Below are positions 43,902-58,036 of a stretch of DNA of 64,000 bases, in pieces. Every line of letters begins with the position of its first letter. Position 1 is the stretch's first letter. Below the pieces are notes generated by a model. The model had not been told where the DNA came from, ran no database searches, and was given only the letters and a program-made list of their open reading frames with translations. The position numbers and the translations under genes are program-made. The stretch is from Eledone cirrhosa. Lineage: Eukaryota. The stretch covers positions 23,312,001 through 23,376,000 of the forward strand of contig OZ024760.1 in the NCBI GenBank assembly GCA_964016885.1, given 5' to 3'.

Positions 43902-44070
43902 CTCTCGGAGCTTCCAACAGAAATGGTCGCATTCTACAAGTGTCAATATTTATTTATAAAACTGATCTATATTATATTTTTTCTGATGAAAGCGCACCAT
44001 AATTTAACTTGGTGTCCTTGAAATATGTATAATGAAATAAATATAGTTTCCATTTGTTGATATATCGTAT
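43902..44070 (+). mobile_element. Family C single arm with hammerhead (43975-44040)
   Basis: CTGATGA-AAGCGCACC...GGTGTCCTT-GAAA-TATGTA-TA-ATGAAATA. Confidence 0.75.
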
Positions 44071-44136
44071 ATATATATATATATATAAATACATTATCGG
44101 AGAAAGCTTTTAGCGATATGTATATATATATATATA

Positions 44137-44304
44137 TAACGAAGGAAATGTGGTAAGGAACCAGGTGGACCATAACGCACCAAAGTACTCAATACTTAGG
44201 GTAGTAGAGTGGGTAATAGGTACGAGTAGGACCCCGACGGCTGAGCTCAAACCGTTTCGACCGGTTGAAACGGCTTGAGCTCAGCCGTCGGGGTCTTACT
44301 CGTT

Positions 44305-44308
<4 letters not shown>
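44137..44308 (-). mobile_element. Family A fold-back element
   Basis: Arms around TTTCGACCGGTTGAAA (~44262); (TA)n-flanked. Confidence 0.75.
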
Positions 44309-44368
<60 letters not shown>

Positions 44369-44819
44369 AAGGCATATGCATGTATCTCTATATATTTACA
44401 GAACACGTTACAATCAAAGTATTGTGAAATGGAGGCGTAGATAATGTATTGAAGTCACCATTGTAAAAGACATGTTGGCATCTTGTTAATTGGACAATTA
44501 GCTGGAACTGGCAGACAGCTACGTTGAGATGCTGGCAATAAAGTCTTGAAATATAGCTTGCATGGCAGCTAAATAAAAGGCTGGCGACAGCAATGGAAAA
44601 AAAGCATGCACACTTACACACACATGTTTTAGATGAGACTGGTGGCATTTTTACGACAATATCAACATTGGTGCTGTGATGTATAAAGCAGGATGTTCTA
44701 TGATATATTGTGTATGGTGTGCATCTATACACATTCACACGCACACACGCGCCTGCGCAAACACACACGCGCCTGCGCACGCACACACACACGTGGGCAC
44801 AGGTGGGTACACACATGGA

Positions 44820-44865
44820 CACATATGTATATGTATTTATATATATATATATATGTATGTATATG

Positions 44866-44903
<38 letters not shown>

Positions 44904-44928
44904 TATTTATGTATATGGATATATATAC

Positions 44929-44963
<35 letters not shown>

Positions 44964-44988
44964 TATTTATGTATATGGATATATATAC

Positions 44989-45025
<37 letters not shown>

Positions 45026-45146
45026 TATTTATGTATATGGATATATATACATGCATATATATATATATATAGGTATTTATGTATATGCATATATATACAT
45101 GCATATATATATATATATATATACAAAGACTTGTACATGCACACAC

Positions 45147-45239
<93 letters not shown>

Positions 45240-45346
45240 CGTGAGAGGGGGAGAGGAATAGTATGTAAAGGCATATGAGATTTATGGCCCTGTTCGATTG
45301 TATGTTTGTTGTGTTTGTTTCAATTAAATGGATAACAACATGGCGA

Positions 45347-45377
<31 letters not shown>

Positions 45378-45547
45378 TATATATACACGTGTGTGTGTGT
45401 GTGTGTGTATGTGTGTGTATGTATACATGTTTATGTGCGTGTGTGTGTATATGTGTATGTGTGTCTGTATATATGTATATATGTGTGTGTATATATATAT
45501 GTGTAGGTGAATATGTGTGTTTGTGTATATACATATATGTATATGTT

Positions 45548-45578
<31 letters not shown>

Positions 45579-45678
45579 GTGTGTGTAAGTATGAATGTAT
45601 GTATTTAAGTAAGTGCCGTATTTAAGTAAGTGACGTTCTAAGAGTGAGAAATGAAATTTCGTTTCATTCTATTCCATT

Positions 45679-45711
<33 letters not shown>

Positions 45712-46023
45712 GTATATATGTGTGTACGTATAAATATATGTATGTACGTATATATATGTATATATGTATTTATATATATGTACGTATATATATGTATATA
45801 TGTATATATATATATATATATGTACGTATATATATGTACGTATATATATGTATATATGTATATATATATATGTGTATATATATACGTATATATATATGTA
45901 TATATATATGTATATATATATATATATCTGTATATATATACGTATATATATACGTATATATATATGTATATATATATGTATATATATTTGTATATGTATA
46001 TATATTTGTATATACATGTGTAT

Positions 46024-46059
<36 letters not shown>

Positions 46060-46204
46060 TTGTATATGTATATATATTTGTATATATATGTGTATGTATA
46101 TATATATGTATGTATATATATATGTATGTATATGTATGTATGTATATATATATGTATGTATATATATATGTATGTATATGTATATATATATATATATATG
46201 TATG

Positions 46205-46237
<33 letters not shown>

Positions 46238-46340
46238 GTATGTATATATATATATATATATATGTATGTATATATATATATATATATGTATGTATATATA
46301 TATATATATATGTATGTATATATATATATATATATGTATG

Positions 46341-46407
<67 letters not shown>

Positions 46408-46737
46408 GTATGTATATATATATATGTATGTATATATATATATATATGTATGTATATATATATATATGTATGTATATATATATATATATATGTATGTATA
46501 TATATATATGTATGTATATATATATATATATGTATGTATAGATATATATGTATGTATATATATATATATATGTATATATGTATATATATATACATGTGTA
46601 TATATGTATGTATATATATATGTGTGTATATATGTGTGTTCGTATGTATATATATATATATATATATGTGTGTATATATGTATGTACGTATGCATATATA
46701 TATATGGATATATATATATGTATGTACGTATGTATAT

Positions 46738-46784
<47 letters not shown>

Positions 46785-46860
46785 TATAAATACAAAGATA
46801 CCTAAATAGGTATAGACATATATAAATATATACATACATATCTATCTATATATATATATA
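44820..46860. repeat. Compound TA/CA/TG microsatellites with a ~60-bp higher-order repeat (44900-45110) and a monomer fragment at 45603-45679
   Basis: ATTTAAGTAAGTGCC...TAAGAGTGAGAAATGAAATTTCGTTT matches the 467-bp monomer. Confidence 0.85.
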
Positions 46861-47094
46861 AATAGAGAGAATGGACAGATAGATATATACACGGTAATGT
46901 TAGCTGACAAATGCTTTTGTTGCTTTTCCTTGTCTTACTCTCGCTCTCGCTTTACTTCACTCTCGTTCTCGCTTTACTTCACTCTCGCATGTTATCCGCC
47001 ATCAAACTTTAATGACTAAATCATTGTTTCAAATAAATTGATACAAAGTGAAACGACCTAAATGGTACAATAACCACATGCGATATATAATAGC

Positions 47095-47895
47095 ATCATC
47101 ATCATCATCATCATCATCATTATCATCATCATCATCATCATTATCATCATCATCATCATCATCATCATCATTATCATCATCATGATCACAATCATCGTAA
47201 TGTTCATCATCATCATCATCATATTCATCATCATAATCTTTGTCATCGTTATCATCATCACCATAATCATCACCATCATCATCACCATCACCACCATCAT
47301 CATCATCACCATCATCATCACCATCACCATCATCACCATCACCATCATCATCATCATCATCATCATCATCACCAGCATCATCATCATCACCATCGCCATA
47401 TAATCTTCCTCTCCTCAACTTCAACTCTGTTTCATCGCCTTCTCCTCTTTCTTTTCATCATAATCATCACCGTCATTGTGTTCATCACCATCACCATCAT
47501 CATCACCATCATCGTCATCACCATCATCATGACTATCATCACCACCACCATCGCCACCATCACCACAGTTAACATCGTGACCATCATCACCACCACCATC
47601 ACCATCATGACCATCATCACCACCACCATCACCATCATGACCATCATCACCACCACCATCACCATCATGACCATCATCACCACCACCATCACCTTCATGA
47701 CCATCAACATCATCACCACCACCACCACCATCATCACCACCACCATTGTCAACTACAACAACATCAGCAACATGTAACCACCGCCACCATCACCATCACC
47801 ATCACCATCATGACCATCACCACCACCACCACCATCATCAACACCACAATCATCACCACCATTGTCAACTACAACAACAACATCAGCAATATGTA

Positions 47896-47926
<31 letters not shown>

Positions 47927-48075
47927 CCACCACCATTTTCAACTACAACAACATCAGCAACATGTAACCACCATCACCATCACCACCACCACCATCAACA
48001 TCACTACCACCATCATCAACACCACGATCACCACCACCATCCTCATCAACAACAACAACAGCAGCAACAACATGT
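47095..48075. repeat. (CAT)n/(CAC)n/(CAA)n trinucleotide low-complexity region
   Basis: Direct reading. Confidence 0.92.
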
Positions 48076-48854
48076 AACACCATACAGTAAAGAGAAGTGA
48101 ACAACATCTCGCTATGTGATAATGTGTGGTGATAATAAAAAAAAAACAAGGTAACCCATTCATTAAATACGTAATATTAAAGGCAAACGTCTTACGTTAA
48201 ATAGTAAATAGCTTTTGGGTTTTTATCATCCCACAATGTTCAGTTTAATGGCGACAGAAATAGTAATAATAGTAATAATAAGAATAATTATATATATATA
48301 TATATTATATATACATATATATATTTTCCTTCCATATACTTTATCGATTGTGTTGTTCTTTCTGAATACCTTATATATATATAGGATGTATGTGTGCATG
48401 TGTGTGTGTGTGTATCAGAAACAATATAAATGATGATGATGATGATGGCGGTGGTGTTGATAGTAGAGAAAACATTTCAAAATGAATTCTAATGTCGATT
48501 GCACTATGATACATACATACATTCATACATATATACACAGACACACACATGCACACAGGCATGTATACATATGTAAATAGATACAGAGAGACCCACGTAT
48601 TCAAACACACACACACTCATATATATATATATATATTTTATCCTTTACGCTCTTTCCTTCATTCCTCTACACGTCTTATAGACCACGCATCTCAACATAC
48701 GCCCATTTACATCTCTCTCTCCACCACCGGATCTTGTTACCCGGAGATTTACCCATTTGCATTGTCGAGGCTTCCAAACGACTTAAAGAAATTTACCATA
48801 TATATATATATGCAGATACAGACACACACACATATATTTATATAACATATGATA

Positions 48855-48916
<62 letters not shown>

Positions 48917-49014
48917 TGATATTAAATAAATGGAAACTATATATATGATATGTCCCAAGGCTCTGATACCATCAACACTATAAACACACAGCTGGCATAT
49001 CTAAGAACTGACTA

Positions 49015-49070
49015 ACTGCCTGATGAGGTCACAGCCATTCAATGGCTATCATCGAAATATATATAGCAGT
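49015..49070 (+). ncRNA. Canonical-core minimal type I hammerhead ribozyme in a (TA)n-flanked insert
   Basis: ACTGC-CTGATGA-GGT...ATC-GAAA-TATATA-TA-GCAGT: perfect 5-bp stem I, G10.1-C11.1 pair, palindromic loop III, and AATAAA at 49072. Confidence 0.85.
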
Positions 49071-49114
49071 GAATAAAGGATTATGAGTTCATGCAATTGA
49101 CATATGTTTCGTCA

Positions 49115-49205
<91 letters not shown>

Positions 49206-49207
<2 letters not shown>

Positions 49208-49397
49208 ACGAAGGAATTGTTGTAAGGAACCAGATGGACCATAGCGCATCAAAACGTACTCAATACTTAGGGTAGTAGAGTGGGTAATAGGAACATGTAT
49301 GACCCCGACGGCAGAGCTCAAGCCGTTTCGACGGCTATTTCAGTCCATAAATAGCCGTCGATACGGCTTGAGCTCTGCCGTCGAGGTCATACTTGTT

Positions 49398-49400
<3 letters not shown>
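49206..49400 (-). mobile_element. Family A fold-back element
   Basis: ~52-bp arms around a CAGTCCAT loop (~49345). Confidence 0.75.
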
Positions 49401-49444
<44 letters not shown>

Positions 49445-49447
<3 letters not shown>

Positions 49448-49876
49448 ATATATTAACAAATGGAAACTATATTTATAAAACCATATTTATTTCATTATAC
49501 ATATTTCAAAGGCCACCAAGGCAAACTATGGTGCGCTTTCATCAGATAAAATATAATATTTATAAATAAATATTGACATACTCTTAAAAAATGCAACCAT
49601 TCTAGTTGGAATCTCCTGGAGATTCCAACCAGAATGGTTGCATTTTTTAAGAGTATGTCAATATTTATTTATAAATATTATATTTTATCTGATGAAAGCG
49701 CACCATAGTTTGCCTTGGTGGCCTTTGAAATATGTATAATGAAATAAATATGGTTTTATAAATATAGTTTCCATTTGTTAATATATTGTATATTTACTCC
49801 AATAATTTGTTGAGTGCTTTATATCAGTTATTATAATATTTTGCTTATTGTATCCCAACAAATTAAACATACCCTC
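49445..49876. mobile_element. Family C fold-back element with a hammerhead on each arm
   Basis: Near-perfect ~170-bp palindrome centred on ATCTCC-T-GGAGAT (49617); HHR at 49488-49553 (-) and 49681-49746 (+). Confidence 0.8.
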
Positions 49877-50036
49877 TATATATATATATATATATATATA
49901 ATGTTGTTGCATGTGTATGTATACACAATTCATATATAAAACGCAGCCAGTTATGTCGCTATTTGTTAGAAACAGTTTGCCCTCGTCATGCTACAGCAAA
50001 TATGTAATACCTTAAAACTCAGAAACGTTATTTTTC

Positions 50037-50752
50037 ATTGGCAGTATCGGTGGAAAATCGCACGCCATGCTTTGCAGTATAGTTACATCTCTTTACGGTC
50101 TGCTTTCAAATCTCGTGAAGGTTAACTTTGCCTTTCATCCTTACGGGGTTGATAAAATAAAATACCAGTAATGTACTGGTTTATTTGCTGGTCTGGTGCC
50201 AAATGTAGAAACAATTATTTTTCATATATAAATGTTCAGAAATTTTTACAAATTTTGCAACTTTAATTTACAGCAAATTTGTGTTTTTATACAATCTTAG
50301 AAATTGATGTATATAGTGTGATCAGGAGCTTTTAGGATTCTGAGTTCAAATCTCGTCGAAATTAACTTTGCCTTTCATCCTTACGCGGTCGATAATATAA
50401 TGTACCAGTAATGCACTGGGTTCAATTTAATCGAGTTTCTCTTTCCCCAAAATTATTGGCCTTGTGCCAATTGTAGAAATCATTATTTATTATTTGTTTG
50501 TCTGAGTTCAATCACGTCGAGGTTAACTTTGCATTTCATCCTTACGCGGCCAATAAAATAAAGTACCAGTAATGCACTGGATATTGCTAGCCTTGTGCCC
50601 AAAAGTAGAAACAATTATTTATTATTTATTATTCTGAGTTCAAATCCCACCGAGGTTAACTTTGCCTTTCATCCTTATGGGGTCGATAAAATAAAGTACC
50701 AGTAATGCACTGGTTATTTGCTGGCCTAGTGAGAAAAAGTAGACACAATTAT
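50037..50752 (+). mobile_element. Four tandem OK-type SINEs (one full, three 5'-truncated at the B box)
   Basis: Family consensus matches. Confidence 0.85.
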
Positions 50753-51079
50753 TTATCCAAAAATGGATGTGATTATTCTTTTTTTGTTGATGACCCAGAT
50801 AAATAAATCTGGGCTGTCATGTTCGTGAGGAAAATCTATTTATGGATGTTAGACAATCGATGTCAGTGGATACTTCATATCTATAATTATATCCTGTGAC
50901 TCTATATAAACTATATACGCTATATACACTATATACACGATATACTGGAAAGTGTGTGACAGCTCCGGATATTGAGATAAAGCGGTGTTGATGAAATCTA
51001 GAAATATAGGTCGGAGACACAGAATCACCTGGGAATATATATATCTATATAATGTTTATTACACAGATACTTGTGTGCG

Positions 51080-52353
<1,274 letters not shown>

Positions 52354-52682
52354 GAGGTAACCACAGTAAGTAAGGTAATACTGATGGTTTCTAAAGAATG
52401 AAACAGTTCTAGTCTTGTAGAATCCCATCTATATTAAAACTTTTATACTCTGCTATGTATTGGGTACCTTACTACTGTGGTTACCTCGGATTCAACCCAG
52501 TAGAACTGTTTCATTCTTTAAAAATCATCAGGAATCTGGATACCCAGATTGCTGATGATTTCTAAAGAATGAAACAGTTCTAGTCCTGTAGAATCTCATC
52601 TATATTAAAACTTTTATACTCTGCTATGTATTGAGTACCTTACTTACTGTAGTTACCTCCGATTCAACCCAGAATAACGTAC
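52354..52682 (+). mobile_element. Family B tandem/inverted mosaic with hammerhead-like motif at 52547-52585
   Basis: GATTG-CTGATGA-T-TTC-taaa-GAA-T-GAAA-CAGT-TC-TAGTC; two sense copies, each preceded by a short inverted piece. Confidence 0.7.
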
Positions 52683-52688
52683 CTATAA

Positions 52689-52719
<31 letters not shown>

Positions 52720-52869
52720 TATATATCTATATCTATATATATATATATATATGTTTATATATATGTATGTATGTTTATATATATATGTATGTTTATATAT
52801 ATATGTATGTTTATATATATGTATGTATGTTTATATATATGTATGTTTATATATATATATGTTTATATA

Positions 52870-52900
<31 letters not shown>

Positions 52901-52901
52901 G

Positions 52902-52949
<48 letters not shown>

Positions 52950-52950
<1 letters not shown>

Positions 52951-53157
52951 CTTAAACGATCGACTTTCGTCAAATCGGACCGAGGGAACAATGTTTCCGT
53001 TGGTCTTTCCAATTGCTAATACTATCTATCGGTCGCAACTCCAGGTAGAAGGAGCAACGTGAAATAAAGTGTCTTGCTCAAGGACATAACGCATCGCCTG
53101 GTCCAGGAATCGAACTCGCAACCTTACAATTGCGAATCCAATTCTCTAACCACTCAC
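52950..53157 (-). mobile_element. tRNA-derived SINE (same family as 24757-24980)
   Basis: Reverse-complement match, including the B box GTTCGATTCC. Confidence 0.85.
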
Positions 53158-53573
53158 CCATATATATATATATTCAGAATGGCGGCCGTAAATGAAAAGC
53201 GATACCTCAATATAGAATTATGTTAAAATCTACTATGATTCCCGCCATTATAAATATGAAAGCAATTGTTAAGCTGACGTAATTGGTAGGTAATATGTCA
53301 AAATTGCTGATAAATTCTCCGGTAACAGACAGTTTCTAATCGAATTTCACTTGGCCTTTCTCTTAACTGCACGGTAATTAAGAACTGACTCAATGAAATA
53401 TCGTGAAATTTAAGAAGTAATAATGGATTGATATAGGATGGTATCATTAATTCTATTTGGCTTTGAAGCGTTCGAGCCCCTTTCTCTTTCTGCCTTTCTT
53501 TATTTCTTTTTGTTCTTTCTTTCTTTATGAATTTCTTTCTCTGCTTTTATCTGTATTCACAACGTTCACTTCA

Positions 53574-53727
<154 letters not shown>

Positions 53728-53861
53728 ACACACATATACAAGAGCATATATGTGTGCATGTATACAACCCACACATTTATTTATATGTATATATACATAT
53801 GTACATATTCATACATACATACATATATATGTATATATTCATACATACTTATATATATATA

Positions 53862-53919
<58 letters not shown>

Positions 53920-54774
53920 TAAAATTCGTAAAGCCGAACACACACACATTTGCGCGCACATGCTTTACACAGGCGACGTATCTATATGTCTTCCAGCTAC
54001 AAGAAGCAAATCAAATAGAGCAAATGTCGGAAGCTTGTTATTCAGAAAGATTCAGGGATGAATTATGTTCTGTGTCAAAGAAATAATTTCATTTGCCGCG
54101 TTAAGACGGCTTTCACTTCACAAGAATTCATTGTAAATTTCTTAAAGTCAAAAGTTGTCGGTATACCGTATGACATCATAAAGATGTTGTTGGTTATCTC
54201 AATCGATACACAAAGCAAGGTTAGCTAAAAATCGATAAGAAATGATTAATTAATCATGTATCCGTAGGTCGGTATTTAATGCAGATCAAAACGGGCAATT
54301 GCCCCGGGTCATCTGCAGTGGGGGGTCCCACCAGTGACGGTCATAGCAATTTATTTGAGCACCCTGCTACGATTTTTAGTTGTAGGGAGGTTAGAATTTT
54401 TGAATTTAATACCTGCATGTATATCTTTTCAATAAGAATTATTTGCACCAAGCTACATTTAATATGTAAAATTGGTTGTTTTGCTGTTTATTGTAATTTT
54501 TTGTGTATGAGCCCCACCACCACCATAAAAACCCCTGAAACCTGGCACTCCAAGTATAAACCAAATCCTGCTAGTCCGTTACGTTAAAGGTTCAAATCCC
54601 GGCGTGATAAACTTGATGTGTTTCTTTGTGTTTCTTTGTGTGTTTTCAGGTATATACTTATTTTCTTCTACCTATTGAGTTCTGGTATTTGATTCATTGA
54701 TTCTTCTAACCGTTCACACGGCCAACTTGGCAGAATCGTTAGAACCTCGGAGAGAATACTTTGTTATTCGTCTG

Positions 54775-54990
54775 ACGGCAATGTAGTGAAGTCTGCGACT
54801 AACCCAGGCTCTGTTGCACTCCGGGCCGAAGAAAGTAAACTCTCCAAATATCAGTCGCTCTCCGACAGGTTTGCGGTCGAACCCGAAGCAATGAAGAGAT
54901 AGGTGTCCTTGGCACTAGAGCTAATTCCTACCCACCACCAGTAGTATCAATAGAGTTGGCTATCCACGCGTGTGAGTGTCGGGAGCAGAG
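54775..54990 (+). mobile_element. CRE-clade RLE fragment
   Basis: SATNPGSVALRAEESKLSKYQSLSDRFAVEPEA; homologous to 4240-4295. Confidence 0.7.
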
Positions 54991-54997
54991 GGATTGT

Positions 54998-55425
54998 CCC
55001 TGCAATGGATTGGTCTCCTGTCAAAGAGGAGAATATTTAACTATCAGTTGCTTCACGCTACGGAAAGGGAGACAGAATTAACACTGTGAAGGACTGCCGT
55101 CCAGTCCAACGGTCAAGTCTGTTATCCTCAATCTTTTCACGAAACCGAAACCAGGAAAGGCGCCGGCTTTTTTGAGTTTCCTGGCTCGAGACAGACATTA
55201 TGACTTTGAAGGACTGCCGTCCTTTCCAGGGGCCAATTCTTGCATCCCCAGTCGCTTCACGGAACAGAATCTAGTATAAGGCCCGTCCTTAGGAGCTTCC
55301 CTGGCCCGAGAGACATTACGATTGTGATAGATTGGCACCCTATAGAGGGGGAAATCATGTACCCTCAGCCCCTCAACGGCACAGACATCGAGAAAGAACC
55401 AACCTGATGAATCACCTGGCTTTCT
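54998..55425 (+). repeat. Four degenerate tandem copies (~85-120 bp) of a SINE 3' half
   Basis: Recurrent TG.GA.GGA.TG.CGTCC..TCCA.GGG...CAGTCGCTTCACG...CCTGGC.CGAGAC. Confidence 0.6.
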
Positions 55426-55444
55426 AACATTATATAGAATTTTA

Positions 55445-55762
55445 GGCGGTGGATTGGCAGTGTTGGTAGAGTGTCGGATGTCATGCTTTGGCGCATAGAG
55501 TTACGGCCCTTGCCATTCTGAGTTCAAATCTCGCCGAGGTTAACTTTGCCTTTCATCCTTATGGGGTCGATAAAATAAAGTACCAGTAATACACTGGGTA
55601 ATTGCTGGCCTTGTGCCTAACGTAGAAACAATTATATAGAAATTTAGGTTCAAATCTCGTCGAGGTTAACTTTGCCATTCATCCTTACGGGGTCGATAAA
55701 ATAAAGTACCAGTAATGTACTGGAGAATTGCTGGCCTTGTGCCAAAAGTAGAAACAATTATT
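55445..55762 (+). mobile_element. Two tandem OK-type SINEs
   Basis: Family consensus. Confidence 0.88.
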
Positions 55763-55924
55763 TAGAATTTTAGGAGTTGAACTACAGAAGTGTATTTTGT
55801 CCGGCGCTCTGCCGACCACCTTCAGTTAGTATTAAGAGTGGAGATATGTTCAAGAAGCAGGAAGAGATTAAAATCAAAGGAATGGAATGTTCTGTTTAAA
55901 ATGTCACGAGAGAAGTGTGAAATG

Positions 55925-56012
55925 ATACATGTGTGTGTGTATGTTTATGTATTATATGTATGTGTACATGTATGTTGTATGTGTGTATACCTGCATATAT
56001 ATATATATATAT

Positions 56013-56064
<52 letters not shown>

Positions 56065-56081
56065 GTATATATATATGTATG

Positions 56082-56130
<49 letters not shown>

Positions 56131-56147
56131 GTATATATATATGTATG

Positions 56148-56178
<31 letters not shown>

Positions 56179-56189
56179 GTAAATATATG

Positions 56190-56220
<31 letters not shown>

Positions 56221-56520
56221 TTATACATGTATATATAAGTATATCTGAATACATACAGGCATGTATATATACAAGTGTTTGTGTTGTTACACACATGTAT
56301 GTATATATATATATACATATACATATGTACACATACATATATATATACATACATATACATACATACATATACATACATACATATACATACATATACATAC
56401 ATATACATACATACATATACATACATACATATACATACATACATACATATACATACATATACATACATATACATACATACATACATACATATATATACAT
56501 ATATATACATACATACATAC

Positions 56521-56568
<48 letters not shown>

Positions 56569-56634
56569 ACATACATATATATATATACATACATATATAT
56601 ATACATACATATATATACATACACACATACATAC

Positions 56635-56665
<31 letters not shown>

Positions 56666-56774
56666 CATACATACATACATACATATGTACATACATACAT
56701 ACATACATACATATACATACATACATACACATACATATATATACATACATACATACACACATATATATATACAC

Positions 56775-56807
<33 letters not shown>

Positions 56808-56810
56808 CAT
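55925..56810. repeat. TA/TATG/TACA microsatellite
   Basis: Direct reading. Confidence 0.95.
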
Positions 56811-57239
56811 GCTTATATAGATGTATACATAGTTGGTATCTTTGCTAAAGTGTGGTATACAGTTTCTCTAATAGGTTAATTACTCCACTGAAGTGTTTAT
56901 ATTTGGAGGCAATCTTCATGGCAAAGGTTAAAGAAGAATGTCATGTCGGTGCAGAGTTATTTGGTGTTGAAATTGAAGGTAAGATAGGATTGGAGGTAGA
57001 AAGACGTTAATCAACGCACAAAGGTGAATGACTTTCATTTCTCTATTTACATATTATTTTCACCTGATAGTTTTGTATTTCCGTCTTCCTCCTTGTAATC
57101 GAATTATATATATGAAATCCCACCGCCATTACTCTCGCTTCATTTCCTCCTTCTCTCTCTCTGTGTCTCTCTTTCTTTCTGACACTCTATCTCTCTCCAC
57201 CATCTCATGCCCCCCTCCTCTGTCTTTCACTCTCATGTG

Positions 57240-57251
57240 TGTATACATGTA

Positions 57252-57308
<57 letters not shown>

Positions 57309-57354
57309 GTATACGTACCTGCTAAGTTAGAACGAAAACAAATTTGGTTTGTTC

Positions 57355-57395
<41 letters not shown>

Positions 57396-57412
57396 CATAC
57401 ATGTATACACAC

Positions 57413-57470
<58 letters not shown>

Positions 57471-57516
57471 GTATACGTACCTGCTAAGTTAGAACGAAAA
57501 CAAATTTGGTTTGTTC

Positions 57517-57551
<35 letters not shown>

Positions 57552-57567
57552 ATACATGTATACACAC

Positions 57568-57598
<31 letters not shown>

Positions 57599-57680
57599 CG
57601 TATACGTACCCGCTAAGTTAGAACGAAAACAAATTTGGTTTGTTCATATATATATATATATATGTGTGTGTGCATACATA
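57240..57680. repeat. Three tandem copies of a 50-bp core embedded in microsatellite
   Basis: TACGTATACGTACC.GCTAAGTTAGAACGAAAACAAATTTGGTTTGTTCA at ~57306, 57468 and 57597. Confidence 0.9.
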
Positions 57681-57810
57681 TATACACACATATATATATA
57701 TATATGTGAATATACAAACATACACATGTATATTCATACACAAATATTTACATGTTGTCGCAGAAAAACGCAGTGTGAAGTGTATGTATTTTGTAATGTG
57801 ACATTTTAAG

Positions 57811-58000
57811 ATAATTGTTTCTACTTTTGGCACAAGGCCAGCAAACATCCAGTGTATTACTGGTACTTTTTTTTATCGAGCCCGTAAGGATGAAAGGCAA
57901 ATATAACCTCGGCGGGATTTGAACTCAGTATTTGGCAAGGGCCGTAACTCAATGCGTCAAAACATGGCGTCCAACCCTCTACCGATACTGCCAATCCACC
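57811..58000 (-). mobile_element. OK-type SINE
   Basis: Reverse complement of the family consensus. Confidence 0.85.
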
Positions 58001-58036
58001 GATAATGGAGAAAAATCAGTTAGCAAATAAAGAAAT

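Noticed and set aside
47029-48163. Asp-, His- and Met-rich ORFs
   Set aside because: (CAT)n/(CAC)n repeats open in most frames.
50817-51030. Possible minus-strand exon after TTCCCAG (also a candidate at 59040-59200)
   Set aside because: No recognisable protein, several frames are equally plausible, and there is no support without RNA data.
54263-54575. Degraded hAT-type MITE
   Set aside because: The ends only vaguely resemble such elements; no convincing TIR pair or TSD.
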